Source of the DNA: Marine Group III euryarchaeote CG-Epi1
GTDB lineage: Archaea > Thermoplasmatota > Poseidoniia > MGIII > CG-Epi1
Reading direction: 5' to 3'
Length of the DNA: 64,000 nucleotides
Assembly: GCA_001875345.1 (NCBI GenBank)
Contig: MIZA01000001.1
Span: 71,513-135,512, forward strand
This document shows, piece after piece, positions 9,356-19,429 of this stretch. A model generated the notes under the pieces. It had not been told where the DNA came from, did no database searches, and saw only the letters and a program-made list of their open reading frames with translations. Each line of letters opens with the position of its first letter. Within the stretch, counting starts at the first letter, position 1. A program made the position numbers and the translations under genes.

Positions 9356-11616
9356 TTCTTTTTAGGAGCCTTCTTTGGAACTTTCTTCTGAAGAATTGAG
9401 ATTAATTTACTTGCTGTACCACTTCTTCCACCTGATAATTCCGAAAAAGCAGATACCTCTACTAATTTACATGCAGATTCTTCGTCTAATTCTGCTTTAT
9501 TTGCTAAATTTTTAACAAAATTCATCTGCTTGACGCTGGTTGGCCTAGGCTTACTATCTGATAAATCTTTTAATTTACCAATTAATGTGCTTGCACTTCC
9601 TGATTTCCCGCCAGATAATTCTTCAAAGCTGGATATAGAAACGAGTTCACAGGCTTGAGATTCATTCATTTCTAAATTTTCAGCTAAACTCTTTATGAAT
9701 GAAACCTGCTTTGCAGTTGGTGGGAGTGACATACCTTCTGTTTCCTTCATCAAAGAATCAATGAGCTCCCCCATCATTTCACTATTGTATTTTAGAGGAT
9801 CATTGCCTTGTAACATTTCTTCAAGCCTTTCGGAAGAAACTAATGAAGCTAAACGCTCATAAAATTGTATTTGACGTTTGGTAGGGAATTCTTTTTTCTT
9901 TTTCAATGCATTATCGTGTAGCTCTCTAAAGTAGTTGAGGAAAGTTTCCCAAACTTCTGCTGCATCTCTTGAACCTGTTTCAATCTTATCTAAATCTGAT
10001 TCCATTTCTGATGTAAAATCGGTAGAAAATAAATTTTTGTCGTCCTGTTTATAAAATGGACTTACCTCATCCCAAAGTGTAATGCCGTTAGAGGTCGCCT
10101 TTAATCTCCCCCTATCATCACTGCAATATTTTCGATCTAATAATTTTTTTATTGTTGCAGCATACGTAGATGGTCGGCCTATTCCTTCTGATTTCATTAA
10201 TGCTACGAGACCGTGTTGAGTATACCTTGCAGGGGGCTTAGTCTCGTCTTCAATTAAATTAGGATTATTCTCTTTATCATCTAAGCTAAGAATTGAATTT
10301 TCCTTAATTTCAGGCTTTGGTGGAGAAGTCAAAGGTTTCTTGTCTATTTTTTCAAAGGCTGATTCCCAACCTGGAGAAGTCCTCCATTTAGTATCTCCAT
10401 CAAAAGGTTTCGGAAAACCTTCAGTTAATGCTTCAATCTTCATAGATGACCATTCCGAGTTAATCATTTGGCTACCAATAAATCGTGCCCAAATTAAACG
10501 ATATAACTTAGCCTGAGAACTATCTATTCCACTTGGAAGCTCTACGGAAGGATTTGTTGGACGTATCGCTTCGTGAGCATCCTGATCAGAAGACTTTTTG
10601 GCATAAACTACGCCTTTACCTATTTGATCAGCACCCCAAATTTCGGTTATTTTCTCTTTGGCTACTTGCCTCGATGAAGAACTTGTTCTGGTTGAATCTG
10701 TTCGCATATATGTTATGTGCCCAGCTTCGTAAAGTCCCTGAGCAAGTCTCATCGTGTTACTTGGTTTCCAGCTATATCTACTTCCTGCAGTTTGTAATAG
10801 TGTATCTGTGGTAAAAGGGGCCTTCGGACTCCTCTTGTATGATTTGACACTGACTTTACTTACTTTTATTGAACCATTTTTAGACAAAGATGAGAAACCT
10901 TGTGATGCTAAATCTGATACATTAGTTCTATGCGAATCAAACTTACCTTTTGAATCTCTCCAAGCATCATCATCATTCTTTTCGTGAAATTTTGCTCTAA
11001 AATCTATCCCTTGAGCTGTAGCCTGTAATGCCCAATATGGCGTAGATATAAAATTTGCAATTTCATGTTCCTTTTTTACTACAAAACCTAGTGCTGGTGT
11101 TTGAACTCTTCCCATTGAACTCAAATTCCAAGATCTAGAAAAGCGAGAAGCTCGATACCCTATGATTCGGTCCATAAATCTGCGGACCTTGGCAGCATCG
11201 ACCATTTTTGAATCAACTACTCCTGCAGAATTTAATGCTTGACGAATTGCATCTTTAGTGATTTCATTAAATGTAATGCGCTTTATTTCCCTAAATTCTG
11301 AGAAAAGTTCAGCTAATCTCCAAGCTATAAATTCGCCCTCTCTATCTGGATCAGTAGCTATTAGCACTCTTTCAACTTTTTTGCGACGGGAATCAGATAA
11401 TATACGTTTAATGTGATTTTCTGAGCGAGGAGTCCAACTCCAAGAAGGTTCAGGAAGCTGTGATTTTTTATTTGGCCATACCGCTTTACTGCCTTCTTTA
11501 CCTGAATTTGGTAAATCTTGAACATGCCCGTTAGAAGCTCTTACAATTACATTTTTACCTAGATATTTCTGAATAGTTTTTGCTTTCGCTCCGGACTCTA
11601 CTATCACCAAATCCAT
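9352..11616 (-). CDS. topA: DNA topoisomerase I, type IA (bacterial TopA-like) with C-terminal helical repeats
   Basis: LVIVESGAKAKTI, ATDPDREGE, GRVQTPAL, LYEAGHITYMRTDS (catalytic Tyr), QDAHEAIRPT, GIGRPSTYA. Confidence 0.95.
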   Translation of the reverse strand: MDLVIVESGAKAKTIQKYLGKNVIVRASNGHVQDLPNSGKEGSKAVWPNKKSQLPEPSWSWTPRSENHIKRILSDSRRKKVERVLIATDPDREGEFIAWRLAELFSEFREIKRITFNEITKDAIRQALNSAGVVDSKMVDAAKVRRFMDRIIGYRASRFSRSWNLSSMGRVQTPALGFVVKKEHEIANFISTPYWALQATAQGIDFRAKFHEKNDDDAWRDSKGKFDSHRTNVSDLASQGFSSLSKNGSIKVSKVSVKSYKRSPKAPFTTDTLLQTAGSRYSWKPSNTMRLAQGLYEAGHITYMRTDSTRTSSSSRQVAKEKITEIWGADQIGKGVVYAKKSSDQDAHEAIRPTNPSVELPSGIDSSQAKLYRLIWARFIGSQMINSEWSSMKIEALTEGFPKPFDGDTKWRTSPGWESAFEKIDKKPLTSPPKPEIKENSILSLDDKENNPNLIEDETKPPARYTQHGLVALMKSEGIGRPSTYAATIKKLLDRKYCSDDRGRLKATSNGITLWDEVSPFYKQDDKNLFSTDFTSEMESDLDKIETGSRDAAEVWETFLNYFRELHDNALKKKKEFPTKRQIQFYERLASLVSSERLEEMLQGNDPLKYNSEMMGELIDSLMKETEGMSLPPTAKQVSFIKSLAENLEMNESQACELVSISSFEELSGGKSGSASTLIGKLKDLSDSKPRPTSVKQMNFVKNLANKAELDEESACKLVEVSAFSELSGGRSGTASKLISILQKKVPKKAPKKK
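9375..9890 (-). repeat. Three degenerate ~55-60 aa repeats in the TopA C-terminus
   Basis: PTKRQIQFYERLA / PTAKQVSFIKSLA...ACELVSISSFEELSGGKSGSASTLI / PTSVKQMNFVKNLA...ACKLVEVSAFSELSGGRSGTASKLI. Confidence 0.8.
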
Positions 11617-11671
11617 TAAACCACCTTTTTGAAAGGCTCATTAAATATCTTTTTCTGAACCTTAAAATTTA

Positions 11672-11691
11672 CGGGGGACTATAGTCCCCCG
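11672..11691. promoter_or_regulatory. Perfect 20-bp GC-rich palindrome between divergent topA and the CoA-binding gene
   Basis: CGGGGGACTATAGTCCCCCG equals its own reverse complement; it lies just upstream of a TATA/BRE-like element (about 11639-11655, minus strand) of topA. Confidence 0.6.
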
Positions 11692-11777
11692 AGAAATATA
11701 ACTTAAAAAAAAGGAAATATTCTGTGTGTAGAAACTAATCTCAAACAATAAAAACTAAAGCTCACATGTAAATTTAG

Positions 11778-12161
11778 ATGGTACTCGAAAAATTAAAAGA
11801 GGAAAATACGGTTATTGCCTTAATTGGAGCCTCAAATGATAAGCAAAAATATGGTAACAAAATATACTGTGACCTCAGAAGTAAAGGCTACAATGTTGTT
11901 CCGATAAACCCAAAAGAAAAGCTAATTGAAGGCGATAAAGCTTATGCTTCGATAGAGGAAATGGAAAGCTTACCAGATATTGCCAATTTTGTAGTGCCTC
12001 CTCCGGTTGCTATGAAAATTACTCCACATATTTCTGAACTAGGAATTAAACACCTCTGGTTTCAACCTGGTTCTGAAAGTAAGGAATTGGAAACATGGCT
12101 AAAAAATACTGAAGGAATTAAATATTTAATTAATTCTTGTATAATGGTTGAAACAAGATAG
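11778..12161 (+). CDS. CoA-binding protein (YccU-like)
   Basis: IALIGAS, KYGN, PINP, LWFQPG. Confidence 0.9.
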   Translation: MVLEKLKEENTVIALIGASNDKQKYGNKIYCDLRSKGYNVVPINPKEKLIEGDKAYASIEEMESLPDIANFVVPPPVAMKITPHISELGIKHLWFQPGSESKELETWLKNTEGIKYLINSCIMVETR

Positions 12162-12163
12162 AA

Positions 12164-14878
12164 TTATACTATTAAATCCTTAATATTAGACAACACGGAA
12201 GATATTTTTTCTGAGCTGCAAGCACCTTGGGCGTATGAAGCTTTTCCGCCTCCACTACCTCCTGCTGAGTGTAAGGCCTCTTTCAGTACAGAACCGCAAT
12301 CAATACCTAGAGAATTAGAGCTCGCCAAAATTATTGAACCTTTTGCCCCTTTAGAAAAACCAATTGCTGCTAGGTTGCCATCGGTTGATGTAATTTTCCG
12401 AACTAATTTTTGAACTTCTCCCATGTCTGCTTCGCCTAAATTATCCATGTAGAAATTGATATTTCCTAGTTTTTCAAATTCAACTTTTGATGACTTAAAG
12501 GAAGCCAACTCCTTTTCTAATGAAGAAACTTTACTGCGCAAGTCTTTCCATTCTTTAACAAACTTATGTGCTGCATCTGGTGCCTGTTCTATTGAAACTC
12601 CGAGCTCTTTTGCAGTCTTTTCCAATAAAGCCCTTTCTCTTTGAGCAGCTTCAATTGCTGCAGGCCCGGCTGAGAATTCTATACGTTCCACTCCATCCTG
12701 TATCCGCTCGGTCCTCAAAACCTTAACTGCTTCAACTTTTAATGTTGAAGACACATGAGTTCCTGCACAAGCTTGCGCATCTATACTAGGAATTTCGACT
12801 ACTCTAACTTCCTTATATTTTGGAGCACCGCCTTGGTAAAGTGAATTTCCATACTTTAGATCTGCCTCCTCTCTTGAATAAAACTCTGTGTGTACTTTAT
12901 AATCTTCTAAAATTAATGAATTTACTCTAGATTCAATTAACTCTACAACTTCACGCGTTAGCCTTCTGTGGTGAGTTATATCTAATCTGGCTCTATCTGT
13001 TGACTTTGACGCTCCCGCTTGCCATACGTGAGAGCCTAATATTTCTCGACAGGCAGCCCCAATCAAATGAGTGGCTGTATGATGTCTGCTTAAGCTTGAG
13101 CGCCTATCATCATCGACTAAACCTACGATTTCTGTGCCTTCTGAAGGAACTTGACCTTCAAGCTGATGTAATACTACATCTCCTATTTTTTGAACATCAA
13201 TGACTTTACTCTTTATCCCATTCCATTGAATAGAACCTACATCCCCCAATTGACCTCCACCTTCGGGATAAAATAGGGTCATATCAAAAGCAACCTTTGA
13301 TTTTTCACAGTAAATGACTTTTGCAGAAAACTTACGTTTTTCCATATCTTGATAAAAAGATAACTTTGTAGGTGCTATAGGTATAATTTTTTGAGGTTCT
13401 TTTTTACTTTTGGAAGCACCTTCATGTCTATCTGCCACCATTGCTAAAAATCCATCGGGAACTTCAATTGAATGACCTTGCTCTTCAGAAAACTCGCTAA
13501 CTACTGATGGAGGGAGGCCCTGTGAATCATACAACTCAAGTAATTTCTCTTTGTCGATTCCGCCTGAATCTATTGCTCTTTTAACTGCCCTACGTCCTCT
13601 TTCCAATGTTTGTGTGAAGCGCTCAATTTCCAGATTAACCATATCAAGTATATGTGATTCATTTTGCTTTAATTCGGGATAGGTCTCTGAAAAATTATCA
13701 ATATGGTGTTTTACCATTTTAGGTAAAATATTCGGAACATTGATATCTTTAGATAATAACACTGTTCTCCTCAATACCATCCTCGCCAAATATCCGGCTT
13801 TAACATTACTTGGAACAATACCATCTCCGAACATAAATGCTAGAGCTCTGGAATGGTCTACTATCGCAAATAATTTTTCTAGAGGTTCTATTGTTGAAAT
13901 AAATTCAGGCAGAGATAAATCATATCCTTGAGAATTTAGTCTCTTTAGAACCATGTTTCGTAATTTTGTCAAATCTGAGCCATAATCTACAGATAATACT
14001 CCACATAATTTAGCATTTTCAGAAATTAACGCTCCAGATGATTTTAACTTTTCGACTAGATTAGCTTCTTTTGTTAAAAATGAAACTGCATCTGGAAAAA
14101 CCGATTCATAAATAGTTGAAGTACCCTGAGAGGCCCACACTAATCGCTCTAAACCATAACCTGTGTCTACGATTGATCTAGGCATTCTCTTGAATTTGAT
14201 ACCCTTAAGCTCTATTTCTCCCTCTGGATCTTCTTCAAGATCCATAAATACTAAAGTTGCTAATTCCAGACCGCCTGCTAAAACTTCAAGTGCTTCACCT
14301 CCATTTCCTCCTCCAACCCATGGATTTTCTTTGTAAGTTATTTTAGAACCGTCAAGACCTAATTCTGTATAAAATTCATGACAAAATCTGACAGTGTCAT
14401 TTTGCCAATAGTATGTCTTTTCATCATCGTTAAAGGCATGGTGAGCCATCATCTCAAAAGTAGTCAAATGTCTACCACTTCTACCTACTGATTCTAAATC
14501 ATTTAAACGAATGCAAGGTTGAGAAATGGTCAGAGGATTAGCTGGTGGATTTGAAGAGCCGCTTGTAACATGAGGTTGAAATACGGCGATTGAAGCTATT
14601 GAAAGATAAATGTCATTTCTCCAACGTGCAACTACTGAAGCCCTATCTACCCTCGTGTGTTTATTCTTTTCAAAGAACCTTAGAAAGGCTTCTCTGGCTT
14701 CATCTAAATTCATTGGTTTAGGAAATAAAGGCTTCCCGATGAACGAGTATTCTACGCAGGGTGCATCACCGCAAAGTTCGCTTTCAACTAAAGACCAAAA
14801 ATGGCATTTACACTTTGAACAAGTTTGCCTAATGAAACCTGACTCTTGAAAGAATTTTAGAGTTATGCCTTCGCTCAC
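12164..14878 (-). CDS. alaS: Alanine--tRNA ligase (archaeal type)
   Basis: CGDAPC, SIAVFQP, QPCIR, GRHLTTFEM, DTGYGLER, HTATH, CAGTH editing domain, GGSGGG. Confidence 0.97.
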   Translation of the reverse strand: MSEGITLKFFQESGFIRQTCSKCKCHFWSLVESELCGDAPCVEYSFIGKPLFPKPMNLDEAREAFLRFFEKNKHTRVDRASVVARWRNDIYLSIASIAVFQPHVTSGSSNPPANPLTISQPCIRLNDLESVGRSGRHLTTFEMMAHHAFNDDEKTYYWQNDTVRFCHEFYTELGLDGSKITYKENPWVGGGNGGEALEVLAGGLELATLVFMDLEEDPEGEIELKGIKFKRMPRSIVDTGYGLERLVWASQGTSTIYESVFPDAVSFLTKEANLVEKLKSSGALISENAKLCGVLSVDYGSDLTKLRNMVLKRLNSQGYDLSLPEFISTIEPLEKLFAIVDHSRALAFMFGDGIVPSNVKAGYLARMVLRRTVLLSKDINVPNILPKMVKHHIDNFSETYPELKQNESHILDMVNLEIERFTQTLERGRRAVKRAIDSGGIDKEKLLELYDSQGLPPSVVSEFSEEQGHSIEVPDGFLAMVADRHEGASKSKKEPQKIIPIAPTKLSFYQDMEKRKFSAKVIYCEKSKVAFDMTLFYPEGGGQLGDVGSIQWNGIKSKVIDVQKIGDVVLHQLEGQVPSEGTEIVGLVDDDRRSSLSRHHTATHLIGAACREILGSHVWQAGASKSTDRARLDITHHRRLTREVVELIESRVNSLILEDYKVHTEFYSREEADLKYGNSLYQGGAPKYKEVRVVEIPSIDAQACAGTHVSSTLKVEAVKVLRTERIQDGVERIEFSAGPAAIEAAQRERALLEKTAKELGVSIEQAPDAAHKFVKEWKDLRSKVSSLEKELASFKSSKVEFEKLGNINFYMDNLGEADMGEVQKLVRKITSTDGNLAAIGFSKGAKGSIILASSNSLGIDCGSVLKEALHSAGGSGGGKASYAQGACSSEKISSVLSNIKDLIV

Positions 14879-14957
14879 ATATTAGTTAAAGAGTAGGTGG
14901 TTAAAAAGTACGGAGGGGCATAAGCATTAATGTTACTGCCAAACTTGGAATGTCGTT

Positions 14958-17261
14958 ATGCCTTCAAATGCTGAACACAAGCCATACATTTCAGCCAAAA
15001 AAATTCTTCCTGAAATAACAACTAAAGGAATCATTTTAGCTATACTTTTAGGTTTTCTACTAACTGCAGCAAATGTCTATCTGGGGCTTTATGTTGGTAT
15101 GACTGTTAGTGCTTCAATACCTGCTGCAGTTATTTCTATGGCAGTACTCAGAAGCTTGGAAAAGGCTAATATTTCTAAAGGAACGAATATCTTAGAAAAT
15201 AACTGGGTTCAAACCGCAGTTTCATCAGGTGAATCTTTAGCTGCCGGTGTAATTTTTACTTTACCTGCATTAATAATAATGAATAGCCAAAGTAATGGTG
15301 AAATTGGATGGGCTGAATTTCCTTATCTCAAGACTGCAGTTATCGCTCTTGTAGGTGGAACAATTGGAGTTTTATTTTCTATCAGTCTTCGAAGAATATT
15401 CGTAGTTAAAGAAAAATTGCCGTATCCTGAGGGTGTCGCATGTGCAGAAGTTTTAGTTGCAGGTGAGAAAGGTGGAACTCAAGTTATGCCCATTTTTATT
15501 GGAATTGCTTTCGGAGCGTTGTACAAACTTTGCTCATCTGTGATTGCAAATGGAAAGCAAGTAAGTCTTGGATTATGGGAACACGGATGGGATGGATTTT
15601 ACACACTAACTGGAAAATTAGATCAATCCGTTGCTTATGCAAAATCTAAAACAACGTTCTACCTCGGTGCTGAATTATCGCCAGCACTTCTCGGAGTAGG
15701 GTATATCGTTGGACCTGGAATCGCAAGTTTTGTATTTTTCGGAGGGTTACTAGGTGCTATTTTCATAATGCCAGTGGCAAGTTCCATACTCAATCCTACT
15801 GATTTATTCATCAGCTATATTTCAAGCGAAGCTGCTAATGGAAATGTTGCAAATTATGGAGACTATGCTTCACATATGAATGAGCGCAGGCGAATGGCCG
15901 GAGTTGGCACAATGCTTGTTGGAGGTTTGTACACATTAGTGGTAATGCGTGAAGCTCTCATCAAAGGAATAACTGAGATGTTCGAAGCTACGAAACAAGC
16001 CGTGGATGAAAAAAAGATAGTTAGAACAGACAGAGATTTACCTGCAAAATCTGTTGCAATTACTAGCCTTGCTATGGCAGTTCCAATGTTCTTCATGGTA
16101 TGGCTAATTTCGGGGCTACTGCTGCCTGCTATTCTATCTCTTATTATTATTTTTACAGCTGGCTTTCTATTTTCTGCAGTTGCCGGGTACATGGCTGGTG
16201 TTGTAGGCAGTAGTAACAACCCTCTTTCTGGAGTAACCATTATCGTTGTAATATTAACTGCAACTACATTTGCCCTCCTCAACAGCTTTGTTTACAATGG
16301 AGAAAATACTGCTGATTTACAAGTTGCAGTCATCGGAGTTGCAGCGTTTGTAGCTTGTGCTGGTGCAATATCTGGGGATAATTTACAGGACTTGAAAACG
16401 GGATATATTTTGGGAGCTACACCTTGGAGACAACAGATAGGACAAATTGTAGGGATTACTGCAGGTGCACTAGCAATACCCTTGGTCCTAAATCTTCTTT
16501 CCGAACAGATATTAAACGGTGAACTTGCTGCACCTCAAGCATTTTTAATGTCGAGTATAACTACTGGGATTTTAGAAGGCGGTATGGACTGGGCTATGGT
16601 ATTCATGGGTGCTGGTATTGCCTTTTGTCTAATAGCATTAAGGCATACTGAGAATTATGTCAACTTACTTGTTTGTTCGTATTTTATATTCATAATTGGC
16701 GGATTTCTTGAAGGATCGATACCTGCATTCCTATTTGCTGGAAGTTTGCTAGTAGCTGCAACCCAATACTGGATTAAAGAAAATGGAGAGTTAGACATCT
16801 CAATAATGGCTGTAGCCGTAGGAATGTATCTAAGTCTTAAAATGACAATTCCAATTTTCATAGGAGGATTAATCAAAATGTATGTTGATAAAAGATTTGA
16901 AAAATCATTGAAAAAAAATAATCCGGATTTATTTGAGATCAAAAATAAAATGAAACTTGATGCAGTAAAAGAAAAGAGTCATGGACCTGGCATTCTCTTT
17001 GCTTCTGGATTAATCGCTGGAGAAGCTATCATGGGTATAGGGCTTGCTGCGATGGCAGTCTCCGGCATTTATCTCGGAATCATAAACGAGCCGTCAATTT
17101 ATCCAGGTATGGCTGTATTTGTTGGCTGTGCAATGTTAATGGCTAGGTTTAGCTTAAAAGGAACTGAAAATAACGATACATTGAAAACCGAAGAATGGAG
17201 CTTTGAAGAAGAGATACAAGAAGCTGAAATGGTAGAAAAGAAGTCTAAAAAGAAGAAATGA
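14958..17261 (+). CDS. OPT-family oligopeptide transporter
   Basis: YLGLYVGMTVSASIPAAVISM, LENNWVQT, LPYPEGVAC, GSSNNPLSG, QDLKTGYILGATPWRQQ, ASGLIAGE. Confidence 0.95.
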   Translation: MPSNAEHKPYISAKKILPEITTKGIILAILLGFLLTAANVYLGLYVGMTVSASIPAAVISMAVLRSLEKANISKGTNILENNWVQTAVSSGESLAAGVIFTLPALIIMNSQSNGEIGWAEFPYLKTAVIALVGGTIGVLFSISLRRIFVVKEKLPYPEGVACAEVLVAGEKGGTQVMPIFIGIAFGALYKLCSSVIANGKQVSLGLWEHGWDGFYTLTGKLDQSVAYAKSKTTFYLGAELSPALLGVGYIVGPGIASFVFFGGLLGAIFIMPVASSILNPTDLFISYISSEAANGNVANYGDYASHMNERRRMAGVGTMLVGGLYTLVVMREALIKGITEMFEATKQAVDEKKIVRTDRDLPAKSVAITSLAMAVPMFFMVWLISGLLLPAILSLIIIFTAGFLFSAVAGYMAGVVGSSNNPLSGVTIIVVILTATTFALLNSFVYNGENTADLQVAVIGVAAFVACAGAISGDNLQDLKTGYILGATPWRQQIGQIVGITAGALAIPLVLNLLSEQILNGELAAPQAFLMSSITTGILEGGMDWAMVFMGAGIAFCLIALRHTENYVNLLVCSYFIFIIGGFLEGSIPAFLFAGSLLVAATQYWIKENGELDISIMAVAVGMYLSLKMTIPIFIGGLIKMYVDKRFEKSLKKNNPDLFEIKNKMKLDAVKEKSHGPGILFASGLIAGEAIMGIGLAAMAVSGIYLGIINEPSIYPGMAVFVGCAMLMARFSLKGTENNDTLKTEEWSFEEEIQEAEMVEKKSKKKK

Positions 17262-17827
17262 TGGCTAAACGAAATTTCCTTATTATTGGTCATAGAGCGC
17301 ACACTGTAGCTGATTGGAAATTAGATGATATTTGCGGAGGTGCTGGGAGATTAGATGTTTTAGTAAGATCAATAACTGCTTCATTATGGAAATCACACGG
17401 AATTAGAAGAGACACTGACGTATGGCTCTCATTAAGAGGAAAACCTAAACCTGACATTACCATTCACTTTTCTGGTAAAAATATAAAATATCTAAATCCC
17501 GATGAAAGGTCAACTGCTGCATTGATACGTAATGGTTTAATTAAACTGAGTGAGAAGAAAGGCCCTCTGGAGACAAGTCCGGGCGTAACCATTCAAAGAG
17601 AAAGTTTTGAAGAACTAGTTAAAAAGCTACCAAAACCAGCTCTACTGAGTGAAAAAGGTGATAAAGAAGTTAAATCTAATTATGAAACATTTGTACTAGG
17701 CGATGACAGAGACCCTACTGATGATGAAATGGAAATACTCAAATCATTTGACAAGTTGAAAATCGGAGAAACTAGTCTATTAACTTCAGCCTGCATAACA
17801 TTAATACATCACTTCTTAGATGAATAA
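17258..17827 (+). CDS. trmY: tRNA (pseudouridine54-N1)-methyltransferase
   Basis: GGAGRLDVL, SHGIRRD, LNPDERS, FVLGD, CITLIHHFLD. Confidence 0.9.
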   Translation: MMAKRNFLIIGHRAHTVADWKLDDICGGAGRLDVLVRSITASLWKSHGIRRDTDVWLSLRGKPKPDITIHFSGKNIKYLNPDERSTAALIRNGLIKLSEKKGPLETSPGVTIQRESFEELVKKLPKPALLSEKGDKEVKSNYETFVLGDDRDPTDDEMEILKSFDKLKIGETSLLTSACITLIHHFLDE

Positions 17828-17832
17828 ATAAT

Positions 17833-18783
17833 ATGGAAGCTATAATCTTAGTTGGCGGTTTAGGTACAAGATTAAGACCTTTGACTAAAACTATCCCAAA
17901 ACCCCTGCTACCTCTTGTCAATATTCCAATGGTCGAGAGAATGATACGAAATCTTCCCGAAAAAATAGATACTGTAATTTTAGCTGTAAGTTATGGCCTG
18001 GAACAAATGCTTGAATATTTCAAAAAAACTAATGTAGGAAGAAAAGTCATAATTGTTCCAGAAAAAGAACCTCTTGGCACCGGAGGCGCTATGAAGAATT
18101 GTGAAAAATATATAACTGGAACTACCGCTGTTTTCAATGGAGATGTTGTAACTTCAATTAATTTAGACGAAATGATAGAATATCACAAATCAAAAAAAGC
18201 TAAAGGTACATTAGCTCTATGGGAAGTTGAGAATCCTAATAGATTTGGAGTTGTGAAGTTAGTAAAAGGTGAAATATTAAAATTCCAGGAAAAGCCTCCT
18301 AAGGGCGAGGAATTATCTAACCTAATAAATGCTGGAACTTATATTCTTGAGCCTGAGATAATTAGTATAATTCCCGAAAATGAAAAGATATCTATAGAGA
18401 GAGATATTTATCCTAAAATAGTAGGAAATGGGCTATATGGAATACCATTTGAAGGATATTTTATAGATGCTGGAACTCCTGAATCTTACTTAGAAGCAAA
18501 CTTCAAACTGTTAGATATCAATATCGAAAGTGAAAATAATGAATTAAAAAATAAAGTGCATATTCACGAAACAAGCAAAGTTGTAGATTCTATAATAGGG
18601 CCAAATGTAATAATTGGTCCAGATGTATTCATAGAAAAATCTGTGATTTCAAATACAGTAATACTTTCAGACAGCAAGATTTATGGATCTACAATTAACA
18701 ATTCTATTATTGGCCCTAATATTTCATTAAATCATGATGTCGAAAATACCATAATTGCGCCTGAAGGAGAAAAGATTTTTTAA
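17833..18783 (+). CDS. NDP-sugar pyrophosphorylase (mannose-1-phosphate guanylyltransferase-like)
   Basis: GGLGTRLRPLT..PKP, EPLGTGG, NGD, FQEKP, INAGTY; C-terminal hexapeptide repeats. Confidence 0.9.
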   Translation: MEAIILVGGLGTRLRPLTKTIPKPLLPLVNIPMVERMIRNLPEKIDTVILAVSYGLEQMLEYFKKTNVGRKVIIVPEKEPLGTGGAMKNCEKYITGTTAVFNGDVVTSINLDEMIEYHKSKKAKGTLALWEVENPNRFGVVKLVKGEILKFQEKPPKGEELSNLINAGTYILEPEIISIIPENEKISIERDIYPKIVGNGLYGIPFEGYFIDAGTPESYLEANFKLLDINIESENNELKNKVHIHETSKVVDSIIGPNVIIGPDVFIEKSVISNTVILSDSKIYGSTINNSIIGPNISLNHDVENTIIAPEGEKIF

Positions 18784-18785
18784 TT

Positions 18786-19427
18786 ATGTCTTTAAAAATT
18801 TTGCAGATTCCAGTGGGGCCTCTAGATATGAATGCAACTTTGGTAATGGATGAAGAATCAAAAGAAACTATATTCTTTGATCCTGGTGATGAAATAGAAA
18901 AAATAATAAATTTAGCCGATTTAGAAGGAATGAACATTACTCGCCTTATTGCAACACACTGCCATATTGATCACATTGCTGGAAGCAATGAAGCTATGGA
19001 AAGACTAAAACTAAAATTAGAAATTTCACCCCTAGGAGTTACTATGCTCGGCAACGTTGGGCCTATTGCTGCATCATTTGGATACAAAATCTCAAAGATA
19101 GAACATGGTGGATTTCTTAATGAAGGCGATAACGTAACAATAGGAAATACTACGTTTGAAATTTTACATTGCCCAGGCCACAGTCCCGATTCATTGTGCT
19201 TTTACACTAAAGGAGTACTAATTGGAGGTGATGTTGTTTTCAAAGGATCAGTAGGTAGAACTGATTTACCAGGAGGAAATCCTAATGAGCTTATGGAAAG
19301 TATAAAGCAAAAAATTTTACCGTTACCTGACAATACAACCATATATTCAGGACATGGACCTAAGACTATCCTTGGAGATGAAAAGAAAAAAAATCCTTTC
19401 ATTACAGGAAAAGTCAATTTGATGTAA
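18786..19427 (+). CDS. MBL-fold metallohydrolase (glyoxalase II-like)
   Basis: THCHIDH, PGHSP, GD, GRTDLPGG, GHGP. Confidence 0.9.
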   Translation: MSLKILQIPVGPLDMNATLVMDEESKETIFFDPGDEIEKIINLADLEGMNITRLIATHCHIDHIAGSNEAMERLKLKLEISPLGVTMLGNVGPIAASFGYKISKIEHGGFLNEGDNVTIGNTTFEILHCPGHSPDSLCFYTKGVLIGGDVVFKGSVGRTDLPGGNPNELMESIKQKILPLPDNTTIYSGHGPKTILGDEKKKNPFITGKVNLM

Positions 19428-19429
19428 GT

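Noticed and set aside
7757-11616. Reverse gyrase, intact or split
   Set aside because: The helicase is Hef/FANCM-type and the topoisomerase is TopA-like; reverse-gyrase zinc fingers and the helicase-then-topoisomerase domain order are absent.
11672-11691. Intrinsic terminator or ORB replication-origin element
   Set aside because: It lies between divergently transcribed genes; I saw no ORB consensus repeats and no cdc6/orc1 gene in the window.
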